DNA of 64,000 nucleotides. Origin: Malacoraja senta. Taxonomy: Eukaryota. Positions within the stretch are counted from its first letter, which is position 1. Each line of letters opens with the position of its first letter. Of this stretch, positions 1 to 12,264 are shown piece by piece. Location of the stretch: contig JAXLNO010005028.1 of the NCBI GenBank assembly GCA_038087875.1, forward strand, positions 1-64,000. The letters run 5' to 3'. Under the pieces are notes generated by a model. The model searched no databases, was not told where the DNA came from, and saw nothing but the letters and a program-made list of their open reading frames with translations. Both the position numbers and the translations under genes were made by a program.

Positions 1-849
1 TGCGTGAGTGGGCAGATGCGTGGCAGATGCAGTATAATATAGATACATGTGAGGTTATCCACTTGGCGGCAAAAACAAGGGGGCAGATTATTATCTCAAT
101 GGGGTTAGGTTAGGTAAGGGGGAGGTGCAGCGAGACCTGGGTGTCCTTGTACACCGGTCACTGAAAGTTGGCGTGCAGGTACAGCAGGCAGTGAAGAAAG
201 CTAATGGAATGTTGGCCTTCATAACAAGAGGATTTCAGTATAGGAGTAAAGAGGTTCTTCTGCAGTTGCATAGGTCTCTGGTGAGACCACATCTGGAGTA
301 TTGTGTACAGTTTTGGTCTCCTAATTTGAGGAAGGACATCCTTGTGATTCAGGCAGTGCAGCGTAGGTTCACGAGATTGATCCCTGGGATGGCGGGACTG
401 TCATATGAGGAAAGATTGAAAAGACTAGGCTTGTATTCACTGGAGTTTAGAAGGATGAGGGGGGAACTTATGGAAACATATAAAATTATAAAAGAACTGG
501 ACAAGTTAGATGCAGGAAAAATGTTCCCAATGTTGGGCGAGTCCAGAACCAGAGGCCAGTCTTAGAATAAAGGGGAGGTCATTTAAGACTGAGGTGAGAA
601 AAAAAGTTTTCACCCAGAGTTATGAATTTATGGAATTCCCTGCCACAGAGGGCAGTGGAGGCCAAATCACTGGATGGATTTAAGAGAGAGTTAGATAGAG
701 CTCTAGGGGCTAGTGGAATCAAGGGATATGTGGAGAAGGCAGGCATGGGTTATTGATAGGGGACGATCAGCCATGATCACAATGAATGGCGGTGCTGGCT
801 CGAAGGGCCGAATGGCCTCCTCCTGCACCTATTTTCTATGGTTTCTATG
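1..849 (+). mobile_element. CR1-clade LINE (elasmobranch HER1-like), 3' fragment
   Basis: ORF 125-565 has the CR1 RT C-terminus ([24 protein letters not shown]); 3' UTR ends in GGGCCGAATGGCC..CCTATTTTCTATG tail. Confidence 0.9.
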
Positions 850-1204
850 CACATGATTTTTTTTGTCATAATTTAGCCATTTAGCTCATACCTGTGGCCT
901 TAGTTTAATACATTTTGGAATAATGCTTTTATAATTTTTACTTAATTCAATGGAACTTTAATTTTGTCATGGTCCTTTCTGCCATTTTGTTTTCTTTTAG
1001 CATAATGAATTATGGTTTTTATTTCAAGAATAAACATTAAAAAAAGCCACAATAGCACAGATACAACCGTTAGACTCAAAACTTTATGGACATGGGTTTA
1101 AAAGGCAGCCTGAGGATTCATGTGGTTCTTATGAAATGGCAACTTGTGTATTGTCATCACAGCAGATTTAGAATTATTTTACCGAGGGGTCGGGGTCGGT
1201 TGTT

Positions 1205-1720
1205 TTGGGAACGACTCCACAGCCCAGTTTATTCCGCTCCCATGTGTGTTTATAACATTATTTACCCCAGTTTTACCCCAGACCGGGTTTAATTTGCTCC
1301 CCTGAGTGTTTATAACATTATTTACCTCAGTTTTACCCCAGACCGGGTTTATTCAAGATTCAAGAGAGTTTATTGTATTGTGTCGCAGATAGGACAATGA
1401 AATTCTTGCTTTGCTTCAGCACAAAAGAATATAGACGGCATGAATACAGAACAGATCAGTGTGTCCATATACGATTGTATAAATATATACACACATGTAT
1501 AAATAAAACAGATAAAGTGCAAATAAACTGATAATGGGCTATTAATATTTAGAGTTTTGTTTGAGTTGAGTTCAATATCCTGATGGCTGTGGGGCTGTTT
1601 GTGTATTTTGTTCCCCTGTGTGTTTATAACATTATTTACCCCAGTTTTACCCAAGACCGGGTTTATTCCGCTCCCCTGTGTGTTTCTAATAGTATTTACT
1701 GTATTATAACATTATTTACT
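1205..1720. repeat. ~60-bp minisatellite (TTTATAACATTATTTACCCCAGTTTTACCCCAGACCGGGTTT...) interrupted by a Rex1 tail
   Basis: At least 4 units visible at about 1205-1352 and 1605-1720. Confidence 0.75.
1354..1600 (-). mobile_element. Rex1/Babar-type LINE 3' tail
   Basis: Reverse complement of the tail at 2970-3056 (GCTGAAGCAAAGCAAGAATTTCATTGTCC) plus the CCCCACAGCCATCAGG end-of-ORF motif. Confidence 0.7.
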
Positions 1721-2221
1721 GTCACTGTATGTCATGTTGTTACTTGTGGGCGGAGCACCAAGGCAAATTCCTTGTATGTGAATACTTGGCCAATAAACTT
1801 ACTTACTTTACCTCAGTTTTACCAGGTTTATTCCCCCAGACGTGCAGTTTATGTGGTGATTTATTGATTATTTACAGAGAGAGAGGGGGGGGGGGAGGTT
1901 GGGAGCCAGAGAGAGGGAGATGTTTATTTATAAGGTGTTTTATCTCAGGACGCTGCTCCAGACGGTGAGTTTATATAATTTACCCCAGTTTGACCAGCTT
2001 TATTCCCCCAGACGAGTAGTTTATGAGGAGATTGACCTCAGATCTCTCTCCCTCCCCCAGATTGACAGGGTTTATTGATTTATTCCGCTGCTGATTTATT
2101 GATTGATTGATTTATTTATTGATTTATTTATAACCTCAGTTATTGAGATGAGTGAATAAGAGGGGGAGGCTGGTTTATTTATTTATAACGAGTTTGACCC
2201 CACACACACACACACACACAG

Positions 2222-2252
<31 letters not shown>

Positions 2253-2509
2253 GATACAGATACANNNNNNNNNNNNNNNNNNNNNNNNNNNNNNNNNNNN
2301 NNNNNNNNNNNNNNNNNNNNNNNNNNNNNNNNNNNNNNNNNNNNNNNNNNNNNNNNNNNNNNNNNNNNNNNNNNNNNNNNNNNNNNNNNNNNNNNNNNNN
2401 NNNNNNNNNNNNNNNNNNNNNNNNNNNNNNNNNNNNNNNNNNNNNNNNNNNNNNNNNNNNNNNNNNNNNNNNNNNNNNNNNNNNNNNNNNNNNNNNNNNN
2501 NNNNNNNNN

Positions 2510-3056
2510 GTGTACATGAGTCGGTTTGTCAAGGACTCTCTCTAACTTCTACAGGTGCACAGTAGAGAGCATGCTGACCGGTTGCTTCGTGGCTTGGTTC
2601 GGCAACTTGAGCGCCCTGGAGAGGAAAAGACTACAAAAAGTAGTAAACACTGCCCAGTCCATCATCGGCTCTGACCTCCCTTCCATTGAGGGGATCTATC
2701 ACAGTCGCTGCCTCAAAAAGGCTGGCAGTATCATCAAGGACCCACACCATCCTGCCCACACACTCATCTCCCTACTACCTTCAGGTAGAAGGTACAGGAG
2801 CCTGAAGACTGCAACGACCAGGTTCAGGAACAGCTACTTCCCCACAGCCATCAGGCTATTAAACCTGGCTCGGACATAACACTGAACTTTATTAGCCAAT
2901 ACTGTTATTTGCACTTTATCAGTATATTGATTCATGTGTGTATATATTTATAGAATGCCTTGTAGTCAATGCCTACTATGTTCTGTTGTGCTGAAGCAAA
3001 GCAAGAATTTCATTGTCCTATCAGGGACACATGACAATAAACTCACTTGACTTGAC
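2510..3056 (+). mobile_element. Rex1/Babar-type LINE 3' end
   Basis: ORF 2526-2879: NFYRCTVES..LQKVVNTAQSIIG..LLPSGRRYRSL..RFRNSYFPTAIRLLN, typical Rex1 RT C-terminus. Confidence 0.85.
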
Positions 3057-3189
3057 ATGTGCACACACACATACATGTACACACACACACACACACATGT
3101 ACACACACTTGTACACACACACACACGTGGACTGTACCGGACTGTATGTGGTGATTTACCTCACTCACTCACTCACTCATCTTTCATTG

Positions 3190-3680
3190 TTTTATTGTTA
3201 AACCTTCAGGGATGCAAATTAAGAGTTGGGAAGTGGCGTCACAGGTAGATAGGATTTTTGGTACATTGACCTTCATCAGTCAGGGTACTGAGTATAGAAG
3301 TTGGGATGTTATGTTGCAGTTTTACAAGATGCTGGTGAGGCTAAATTTGGAGTATTGCGTTCAGTTTTGGTTACCGTTATAGGAAAGATGTTGTTAAGCT
3401 GGAGAGAATGCAAATAAGATTGACGAGGATGTTGCCAGGACTTGAGGGCCTGAGCTGTAGGGAGAGGTTGGGCATGCTAGGGCAATGTTCCTTGGAGCGC
3501 AGGAGGATGAGGGGCTGATCTTATAGAGATGTATAAGATCATGAAAGGAATAAATAGGTTGAATGCACAGTCTTTTACCCAAAGTAGCAAAATCAAGAAT
3601 CAGGGAACATGGGTTTAAGGTAAGTTGGAAAAGGTTATGTAAGAACCCGACGGGCAACTTTTTCACACAGAGGGTAGCAA
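3190..3680 (+). mobile_element. Degenerate CR1 fragment
   Basis: Decayed GGTGAGGCTAAATTTGGAGTATTG (RPHLEY-type) and downstream CR1 motifs with stops. Confidence 0.7.
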
Positions 3681-4373
3681 GGCAGGCAGCATTTTGGATA
3701 GAGGACTGGCTAACGTTTCAGGTCGAAGAGCCTTAGTCCGTACCGAGAAAGAGAGAGCAGGTTAGTTGCGCAGGTTGGAGAGGGCGACGGGTGCAACAAA
3801 GGGAATGGAGACACAAGAGGCTGCGGATGCCAGAATCCAGAGGAAAACTCAAAGTGCTAGATGAACTCAGCGGCTCAGGCGGCATCCGTGGAGGGGATGG
3901 ACAGACAACATTACAGGTGGGGACATTAGTCTGAAGACGGGTCCTGACCCAAAGTGTCATCTGTCCATTCCCTCCACAGTTGTTGCCTGACCTGTTGAGT
4001 TCCTCCAGCACTTTGTTATTTGGAACATAGGGAATGTCTGTCAGAGGTGAAATGATGCAGCCATTAAATAGGCATTGAAGCTGTGCCTGTGCGATGTGTT
4101 GCAATTGTCGTAAAGTCTGGGTGATGTTGTTACATTTGTCCTCCTGGGATGTGCCTTGAATGTTCAAAAGGGGAAGGAAAAAAATGGCAGGCATATATGG
4201 TCAGTCATGATACCAACAGAAAGAAGATGCAAATGACACATTAAATGAACCAAGGAGTTCACTATCCAGGTAAAGACGACACTATTTCACCACATCATAG
4301 GCACTCCCTTTGTTCCACCAATCCCACTCCACCACTTCCCTGATGCCAGGATTGCCTTTCCCTCTCTCTTTTT

Positions 4374-4412
4374 CAGTTCTGACGAGGGGTCTCCAACCTG
4401 AAATGTTGACTG
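4374..4412 (+). ncRNA. Degenerate minimal type I hammerhead ribozyme in a Penelope terminal-repeat fragment
   Basis: CAGTT-CTGACGA-GGGGT ctcca ACCT-GAAA-TGTT-GACTG: stem I CAGTT/GACTG pairs, core CUGANGA..GAAA present, stem III ACGT changed to ATGT. Confidence 0.5.
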
Positions 4413-4984
4413 CTTCTCTTCTCGGATGCTGAGTTTTTGCTGCATTTTCTCTTTTCATTTTGATTTCCAGTATCTGCAGTTTATTGATGGGCCAAACCTT
4501 AACACTGTGCGGTATGGCCATGTGTCTCTTTGTGGCTGATTGGGTCATAAATGGCCTGGTGGATGGATGTGTTAGACTTTGATTAATCGGGTGTCTGATT
4601 CTATCTGGACCTAGTGTTCTCCAACTCTGACAGAAAGATTGGGTGGAAATTACAAAGAGCAGATAACTCAGAGTTGGAGAGAAAATCCAATTAGTGTTTA
4701 GATGTGGTCTAGGGAGCATAGGTTCATAATTCTTTCATGCATTGGTGACAGACGGTGAGTTTATATAATTGACCCCAGTTTGACCAGTTTGATTCCCCCA
4801 GACGTGGTTTATGTGGAGATTGCCCTCAGCTCTCTCTCTCTCTCTCTCTCTCTCCCCCCACACACATGTCCACACACGTGACTGTACCGGCCTGTACTGT
4901 ACTGTACTGTATGTGGTCATTGACCTCACTCACCCACTCACTTCTCCCCCACGTGACCCGATCCCGCACAATCCGCTGCAGCCG

Positions 4985-5660
4985 CTGATCATCAGTTATT
5001 TATTTATTTACCTCAGGTCCGTCGGCAGCGACGTCTCCAACTGCCGCTTCTCTGCCCGCCCGCCGCCATTTTCATGCGGTCGACGGGGAGACTCGGCCCC
5101 GGTGGGGTGGGGGGGGGGGGGCCGGGACCGGAGGGCGGCCATCTTGGTGAGGGCAGGTGAGGTCGGCGGGCGGGCGGGCGCGCGGTTGGCGGTTGGAGAC
5201 GTGGAGCGGGAACAAGATGAAGCTGATCCGCCCTCACCGCCCGCCTTGCGCCGTGACGTCCGCCCTCCCCGCCCGCCCTGCGCCGTGACGTACGCCCTCC
5301 CCGCCCGCCCTGCGCCGTGACGTCCGCCCTCCCCGCCAGCCCTGCGCCGTGAGGTCCGCCCTCCCCGCCCGCCCTGCGCCGTGACGTCCGCCCTCCCTGC
5401 GCCGTGACGTCACCGGCGATCCGAGGGCGTGGCTTCAGCTGGCAGTTGCTCGACGGCGGTTTATTTTTAAATGTGAAGGCCGACACAAAATGGCGGCGAA
5501 TGTGATGATGCTGCTTCACACTGAAGGTAAAATGCTGCAGTCACTTGATCATAGAGTGATAGAGAACATCTTGGTGAGGTCGGCATTCGGCGGCCATCTT
5601 GGTGATGGCAGGTGAGGTCGGCAGCCGGCGGCCATCTTGGTGAAGGCAGGTAGGTCGGCG
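4985..5660. promoter_or_regulatory. CpG-island promoter with YY1, CRE and GC-box arrays
   Basis: High CpG; YY1-type CCGCCATTTT (5063), GCGGCCATCTTGG (5135, 5590, 5628), AAAATGGCGG (5487); about six ~31-bp units with GTGACGT and CCGCCC (5235-5412), full TGACGTCA at 5405. Confidence 0.65.
5012..5075 (-). other. Candidate first exon of an unidentified gene running leftward
   Basis: ATGAAAATGGCGGCG start overlapping a YY1 site, donor CTGAG|GTAAAT at 5012/5011; as assembled the frame stops (TGA) just before the donor. Confidence 0.3.
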
Positions 5661-5889
5661 GTTGGCGGTTGGAGCTTTGGGCGGGTGGGTGAGGGTGGTT
5701 TCGGGTGGGTGAGGGTGGTTTTGGGTGGGTGAGGGTGGTTTCGGGTGGGTGAGGGTGGTTTCGGGTGTGTGTGGGTGGGTGAGGGTGGTTTCGGGTGGGT
5801 GTGGTTGGTTTTGGGTGGGTGTGGGTGGTTGAGGGTGGGTGTGGGTGCGTGAGGGTGGTTTTGTGGGTGGTTTCTGGTGAGGGCGGTTT

Positions 5890-7057
5890 CATAGAAACAT
5901 AGACAATTGGTGCAGGAGTAGGCCATTCCGCCCTTTGAGCCAGCCCATTCAATGTGATCATGGCTGATCATCTGTTCGATGACGTTGAGCTTGGCGGTGG
6001 TAAGGCCTTCAACATTGAGCTGCAGTAGCGCTAAACCTCGACAGTTGGCGGCATTTAACGGTGCCGCCTGGCCTGGGGAGGCATGGCTTTTAGCTGTCTG
6101 CAGACGTGGTAAAGACATTGGTTTCGCTTTGTGGGCTTATGATCCTGTAAGCTACTCGTAAAGGAGGCCGCGTAGAGGCTGTCTTTGACCAGATGGTCAA
6201 GACGAGATGGAGAGACCAGTGGAAGTCAGCGGAAACATCTAGGCTACACCATTACATCGATGACCCCATGGACGTCCCTGGCCAGGACCTGACCCGAAAG
6301 CAGTGGACAACGCTCAACCGCTTGAGGACAGGCATCTTGCGGACGCTATGGAGTAGTGATGAAGAGGTGGGGGCCTCGTGGACAGCGAGCGCCTCCTGCG
6401 AGTGTGGGGATCCAACACAGACAGTGGAGCACACATCGGCCACCGAACGGTGAACGAGGGCTGATTGACCTGGACGATGATACGTTGGCCTGGCTCGCCT
6501 CAACAGAGCTGCAGGTCTAAAAGACACACGACAGAAGAAGAAGATGGCTGATCATCCAACTCAGTATCCTGTACCTGCCTTCTCTCCATACCCCCTGATC
6601 CCTTTACCACAAGGGCCACATCTAACTCCCTCTTAAATATAGCCAATGAACTGGCCTGAACTACCTTCTGTGGCAGAGAATTCCACAGATTCACCACTCT
6701 CTGTGTGAAAAAAAAATGTTTTTCTCATCTCGGTCCTAAAAGACTTCCCCCTAATCCTTAAACTGTGACCCCTTGTTCTGGACTTCCCCAACATCGGGTT
6801 CAATCTTCCTGCATCTAGCCTGTACAACCCCTGAAGAATTTTGTAAGTATCCATAAGATCCCCCCCTCAATCTTCTAAATTCCAGCGAGTACAAGCCGAG
6901 TCTATCCAGTCTTTCTTCATATGAAAGTCCTGACATCCCAGGAATCAGTCTGGTGAACCTTCTCTGTACTCCCTCTATGGCAAGAATGTCTTTCCTCAGA
7001 TTAGGAGACCAAAACTGTAAGCAATACTCCAGGTGTGGTCTCACCAAGATCCTGTAC
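5890..7057 (-). mobile_element. 5'-truncated CR1, itself interrupted by a Vingi-like element
   Basis: Tail CATAGAAACATAG at 5890; UTR resumes at 6544; RT C-terminus in ORF 6751-7047. Confidence 0.9.
5973..6543 (+). mobile_element. Vingi/Ingi-like non-LTR element with inverted 5' end, 13-bp TSD
   Basis: Minus-strand MSLPRL..LQLNVEGLTTAKLNVIEQ (APE N-terminus) back-to-back with plus-strand WTTLNRLRTG..CECGDPTQTVEH C-terminus and GAAGAAGAAGA tail; ATGGCTGATCATC at 5960-5972 and 6544-6556. Confidence 0.75.
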
Positions 7058-9089
7058 GGGTGGGTGAGGGTGGTTTCGGGTGGGTGTGGGTGGTTTCCGG
7101 TGGGTGTGGTTGGTGAGGGTGGTTTCGAGTGGGTGAGGGTGGTTTTGGGTGGGTGTGGGTAAAAAAATCACAAACCATATACGTAAGTAAGTAAGTACAT
7201 TTTATTTATATAGCACATTTAAATCAACTCACGTTGAAACCAAAGTGCTTTACATAAAAGAAATAATGAAGTTTCCGTACATCCATAGAAAAAATAAAAA
7301 AATAAGAAAAAATGACACAACACATTATAGAATTCAACATGAACTTCCCCCCACAACAGAATCAAAATTTTCCACTGTCCATGGCATCAAAAATGTTACA
7401 TCGGAGTCACGTGAGTGACTATGTGAAGAAGCCCCGTCCAGCCACACACGTGTCATTATCGATCAGACGCATAGCGTTCATGACCATGTGTGGAGGAGCA
7501 GGAGCTCCTCCAGCCAGTGAGTAAAACAAAAGTAAAACAAAAGTCGGAAGGTAAGTGGAGTTACTTTTCACTGACAGGAGCGTTTCCTTCCCGTTTAGAC
7601 TTGTTTGGTGGAGCTCCACTCAAGTTTATTATGGAGAAATGGGAAGGAGAGGCGGCCAGGGACGCACCGTAGTAAAACCCCAGATCCTAAGGGTAGCGGG
7701 CGTCAGTCAGGGGAGTCAGTGGCAGCGAAGCCATTAACTCCCGTTGTGGTTGAATGTGCGTTAAACCGCCGGCGGCGGGGCGCAAGGCTGAGTAAAAAAG
7801 AAAAAAAAATCAGCCCGACCTGTAGACTCGCATGAGTCAGACCCGGAGGTATGCCCTCCTCAGGCAGGAAAGAGTATTACACTGCAAGGGTCAAAAACTT
7901 TATAACTCCTTATGGGGCAGATGATTTGTAAAGAACCCCCACAGGAGGATTTAAGTCGGTGTTGGCCAATTAAGTATAGCACAGGAGGTGCCTTGGAACA
8001 GGCACAAGGGTGGACTACAGGAGAGCCATCAGTGCCTATGCAGAAACATTAAAGAGGTTGGCCTACAGGAGAGCCAGTGCCCCAAATGCCAGAAAAAAGG
8101 CAAGTTATGTGTTGGCCTATTGGAGAGCCAGTACTAGAAATGCCTGAACAAAAGGCAGCACAAACGTGCAATGATAATTGTGCCAGCACCGACAAATATA
8201 AAGAGTAAAAATAATGAAGCGTTGGCCTAGAATTGAGCCAGCGCCAGCAGCACCTTAAGCAGGGCTGCCTGTCCGTGGGCCTACAAGAGAGCCCGCGCAG
8301 GGGGGGGATCTGGCAGAGACTTACCTGAAACAGGGGAGCCAGAAATTACACCAACATAAAAATGAATATCTAGATTGAGATGATGATTTAAATGAGGACC
8401 AGAGCCCATTATCAGAGCCACAAATGTTCCAAGGCTGGCACAAAACGTTGCTGTTCCCAGAGTAACAGGGGAACCTTTGAGAGAGGAAATAGATATGACT
8501 ATAAATTATCTACTCTCCCATCAGCCCCAGGAATTAACCATGGATGAGACTATCAAAAAATATGAGACCCGGGAAATTGTAGCAGTTACAGCAGTGAATA
8601 AACTTGATATGGGTAATTTGAGCAGTGTTTTACGCTCACAAGAATTGAAATTACACAAGTGCTGAAATTTCTGGGGTCACTGGTTTGGATGAAGGTTATA
8701 TATCGTATTCACAACAAAATGCCTTAGCACTCATGTGTAGTGCGCACTTTGAAATAAATTGTATTCATAAAAATGCAATAAGACCAAATATTCATCCTAA
8801 GTATGCAGGCTCTGAAAACCATGCCATATACAAATGCCTAAATCTGTTTTGGAGAAAATCTAGCAAAGAAACTAAAGGATCACCTATGCTGAGCAGAGCG
8901 GTGAGAAGGCAGTATCCCTACAGGCGAAATGTGGTGCTGGAGAAGGAACAATCCTATCATTCTCGTATACACGTTAACGTGCTGCACCGAGGATACGTGG
9001 AGGTTACAATGTGCCTACTAGAAGGGGACAACAACTGCCGGTGGCAAACCCCGAGGTTAGGGGGCTTGGTCTGGTAAGAAACACAACAA

Positions 9090-10790
9090 ATGTTTCACAC
9101 TCACAAATAGGGGGAAGGTTACGATTCTTCCTAAAAGAATGGCAATCAATAACAAATGATTCATTTATTCTATGTAGCATTGTAGGATTCAAAATTGAGT
9201 TCTCTCCACGTTTGGATCCTCCAATTCAGCATAATTCAAACTGGTCACGGATTTTTCTCAAAGGAAGAGAATGGGTTGATGAAAGGACAATTGAAAAACT
9301 TTATGCAGAAAAGGATGATATAAATGTCAGGAGAACAACACCATCAGTTTGTGTCAAATATTCTCCTAGGAATATTCTCCTAGAAAAGGGATGGTGGACA
9401 TAGAATCATTTCCGATCTGACAAATCTTAACCTTTATGTACAATACAAACATTTCAAAATGGAAACATTTACTAATGCCATTTAGCTAGTCACAAAGAAT
9501 TGCTACAAGGCAAGTATAGATCTGCAGGGTGCATATTATTCTGTGGCAATGCATGATAAGGATCGAAGATATTTGAAATTTAGATGGATGAGTCAGTTAT
9601 GGCAATTTAAAGCATTGCCCAATGGTTTGATTTCAGCACCAAGATTATTCACTAAATTGCTCAAACCAAATTTTACCTCTGTTAAGAGCTGAGGGCCATG
9701 TATTAATGGCTTATTTAGATGATATCCTCATTGTAGGGGACACTTTGGCTGCTGCAAAATTGTCAGTATCCAGTCAAATACATTTTGAGAAATTAGGTTT
9801 CATTATTCACCTACAAAAATCTAAATTGTTACCAAGCAAAAAGATTGATTACCTAGGGTTCACAATTAACTCCGAAATGAATAGAGGGCATTTTGATAGG
9901 CCCATGAAATTAACAATTCAATCCATTACAGAAATAGAATGGTGGATTAACAATGTTTCTAATGCTTCCAGAAATGTTCTGGTAGAAACACCTTCCGTCA
10001 CTCTACAGACTGATGTAAGTGTGCTGAGTTGGGGCGCTACTAACATGATTTCCAGCTGTGGAGGTAGGTGGAATGTGAAGGAAGTACTTTTGCTGGAAAA
10101 TCTGGGAATCAATTATCTAGAGCTATTAGGCGCATTGCACTGATATGGGAAATGTGCATGTTCAGGTACAGGTTGACAATACTACAGCTGTAGCATACAT
10201 AAATCACATGGGTGGTATAAAATCAGAATCATGTGATAAATTGGCAAATGAAATTTGGACCTGGGGTATTGCCAGAAAAATTTGGCTGTCAGCAATATAT
10301 TTACCAGGTAAAAATTAATACAATTGCAGACAAAAGATCACGTAAATTTAATGATAATACAGAATGGATGTTAAATCGGAAAATATTCACACAAATTATC
10401 ACACAATTTGGAATGCCAGAAATTGATCTGGTTGCATCAAGATTGAACCACCAGTTGACTATGTGTCATGGGAACCTGATCCTGGAGCAGTAGTGGTGGA
10501 TGCTTTCTCGCTACATTGGGGTGGTATGTTTCTGTATGTATTTCCACCATTTTGTTTAATCCACAAATGCATACAGAAAATTAAACAAGATTCAAGCCTC
10601 AGGGATTTTGGTAGTACCAGATTGGCCTACACAGGTATGGTACCCACTGGTGTTAAAAATGATCAAAAAAACCCTTATGGTTATTCCAAAGCAGATTAAA
10701 CTGCTTGTACACCCTGTGACTAATGAATCACATCCTTTACATAATCGTATTGGTTTGTTGATTTGCAGATTCTAAGAAGGCATATCTTGG
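9090..10790 (+). pseudogene. DIRS RT-RNaseH-MT ORF, broken by stops and frameshifts
   Basis: IGGRLRFFLKEWQSIT, ASIDLQGAYYSV, ALPNGLISAPRLFTKLLKP, MAYLDDILIVG, LQTDVS..WGA, INYLEL, VDNTTAVAYINHMGG, EIDLVASRLN, DAFSLHW..YVFPPF. Confidence 0.9.
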
Positions 10791-10812
10791 AAAAGGATTA
10801 TCAGACTGTACG

Positions 10813-11700
10813 GTGGATGTTATGACAGCAGCCTGGAGGAATAGTACCCAGAAGCAGTACATTTCCTATATAAAGAAATGGGAGGTGTTTTGTTCAGGAA
10901 AGAATATTGCATATAACACAGTAGAAATTTCAGATGTAATAGAGTTTCTTTCAACTCTACACTATGAATTGAAATTAAGTTATAGTGCAATTAATACTGC
11001 ACGAAGTGCACTCTCTGCATATTTAAGCAGTGAATCAGAACAAACTCCAATTGGAGCACATCCTTGGGTCTGTAGGTTTATAAAAGGAATTTTCAACTCT
11101 AATCCTCCCAGACCCAGGTATACAGAAATTTGGAATGTAAAAGATGTACTGATGTTCCTAAGGAGTTGGAATCCAGTTGAAACCCTGTCATTATCCAAAA
11201 TTACCATGAAATTGGTTATGCTCATGGCATTAGTTTCAGCGCAGAGAGTTCAAACATTACAGAAACTCAGAATTGATAGAATGAAAGTAGGGCAAAATGC
11301 CGTGACATTCTATGTCTATGATTTATTGAAGCAAAGTAGACCTGGGTCCACAGGATGCAAGTTGGAATTTCTAGCATATCCTACAGATTCACGACTGTGT
11401 GTAGTAACATATGTGAAATGTTACATAGAAACAACAAAAGTTTTAAGAGGCGCCGAATTGGCATTTTTTATTAGTCATAAAAAGCCTCATAAGAAAGTAT
11501 CAACACAAACAATTTCACGATGGTTGAAACAGGTGTTGAGATATTCAGGTATTGATACTGATAAATTTAAATCTCATTCCACGAGGGCGGCATCAACATC
11601 AGCGGCCAGGGATTCAGCGTGCCAATAGACCTTATTGTCGCGGCCGCAGGATGGGCAAGTGAACAGATGTTTCACAAGTATTACCACAAAGAGATTAAAG
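10813..11700 (+). pseudogene. DIRS tyrosine recombinase
   Basis: SAQRVQTL, STQTISRWLK, FKSHSTRAASTS; frameshift near 11615, then AAGWASEQMFHKYY carrying the catalytic Tyr region. Confidence 0.9.
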
Positions 11701-11922
11701 ATCTCAGAGGGTTTGGTGATGCCGTGCTGGATACAGTATTAAATCCCCCATTATAAATGGGCCAAATTTTTGTTATTTTTATTAAAATAAATAAAACCAT
11801 TAACTGATTACATTCAAATGTTGTGGTTATGCATTGTTGATTGTGCTTACTCAAATAGAGTCAATCGATGCAGTGAACACCTGGATTTGAACCCACGGTG
11901 TGAAATCACAGAGCTTTGAAAT

Positions 11923-12263
11923 CTTCACGTAGTCACTCGCGTGACACCGAAGTAAAATAGTAAGATTAAACGAGAACTTACCAAGTTTGAAGTTTGATCT
12001 TTATTTTATGAGGAGTAACGTTGAGGGATTACGTGCCCTCCGCTCCCACCCTCATTAAAGGATCAAGCTGGTAGTTCTAAGTCTTTATGCATCTTACTAT
12101 CATACTTCAGTAATTATCGTCTGTGATTGTCACTCCGCTGCTTTGAAAGATTGACGCGTGTGCGGCTGGACGGGGTCTTCTTCACGTAATCCCTCAACGT
12201 TACTCCTCATAAAATAAAGATCAAACTTCAAACTTGGTAAGTTCTCGTTTAATCTTACTATTT
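11923..12263. repeat. DIRS internal complementary region and right terminus
   Basis: ~80-bp perfect inverted repeat (about 11954-12035 vs 12183-12263); 11923-11955 and 12150-12186 are complementary to the left end 7396-7455. Confidence 0.85.
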
Positions 12264-12264
12264 C

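Larger units (their letters stand above)
5680..7162. repeat. G-rich ~20-bp minisatellite (GGGTGGGTGAGGGTGGTTTC) split by a CR1 insertion
   Basis: Units at 5680-5889 resume at 7058-7162 after the CR1. Confidence 0.8.
7396..12263 (+). mobile_element. DIRS1-type tyrosine-recombinase retrotransposon, complete layout but decayed
   Basis: gag-like region, RT (YLDD), RNase H, MT-like (DAFS..W..YxFPP) and YR ORFs in DIRS order; terminal/ICR complementarity; ends in TATTT. Confidence 0.9.
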
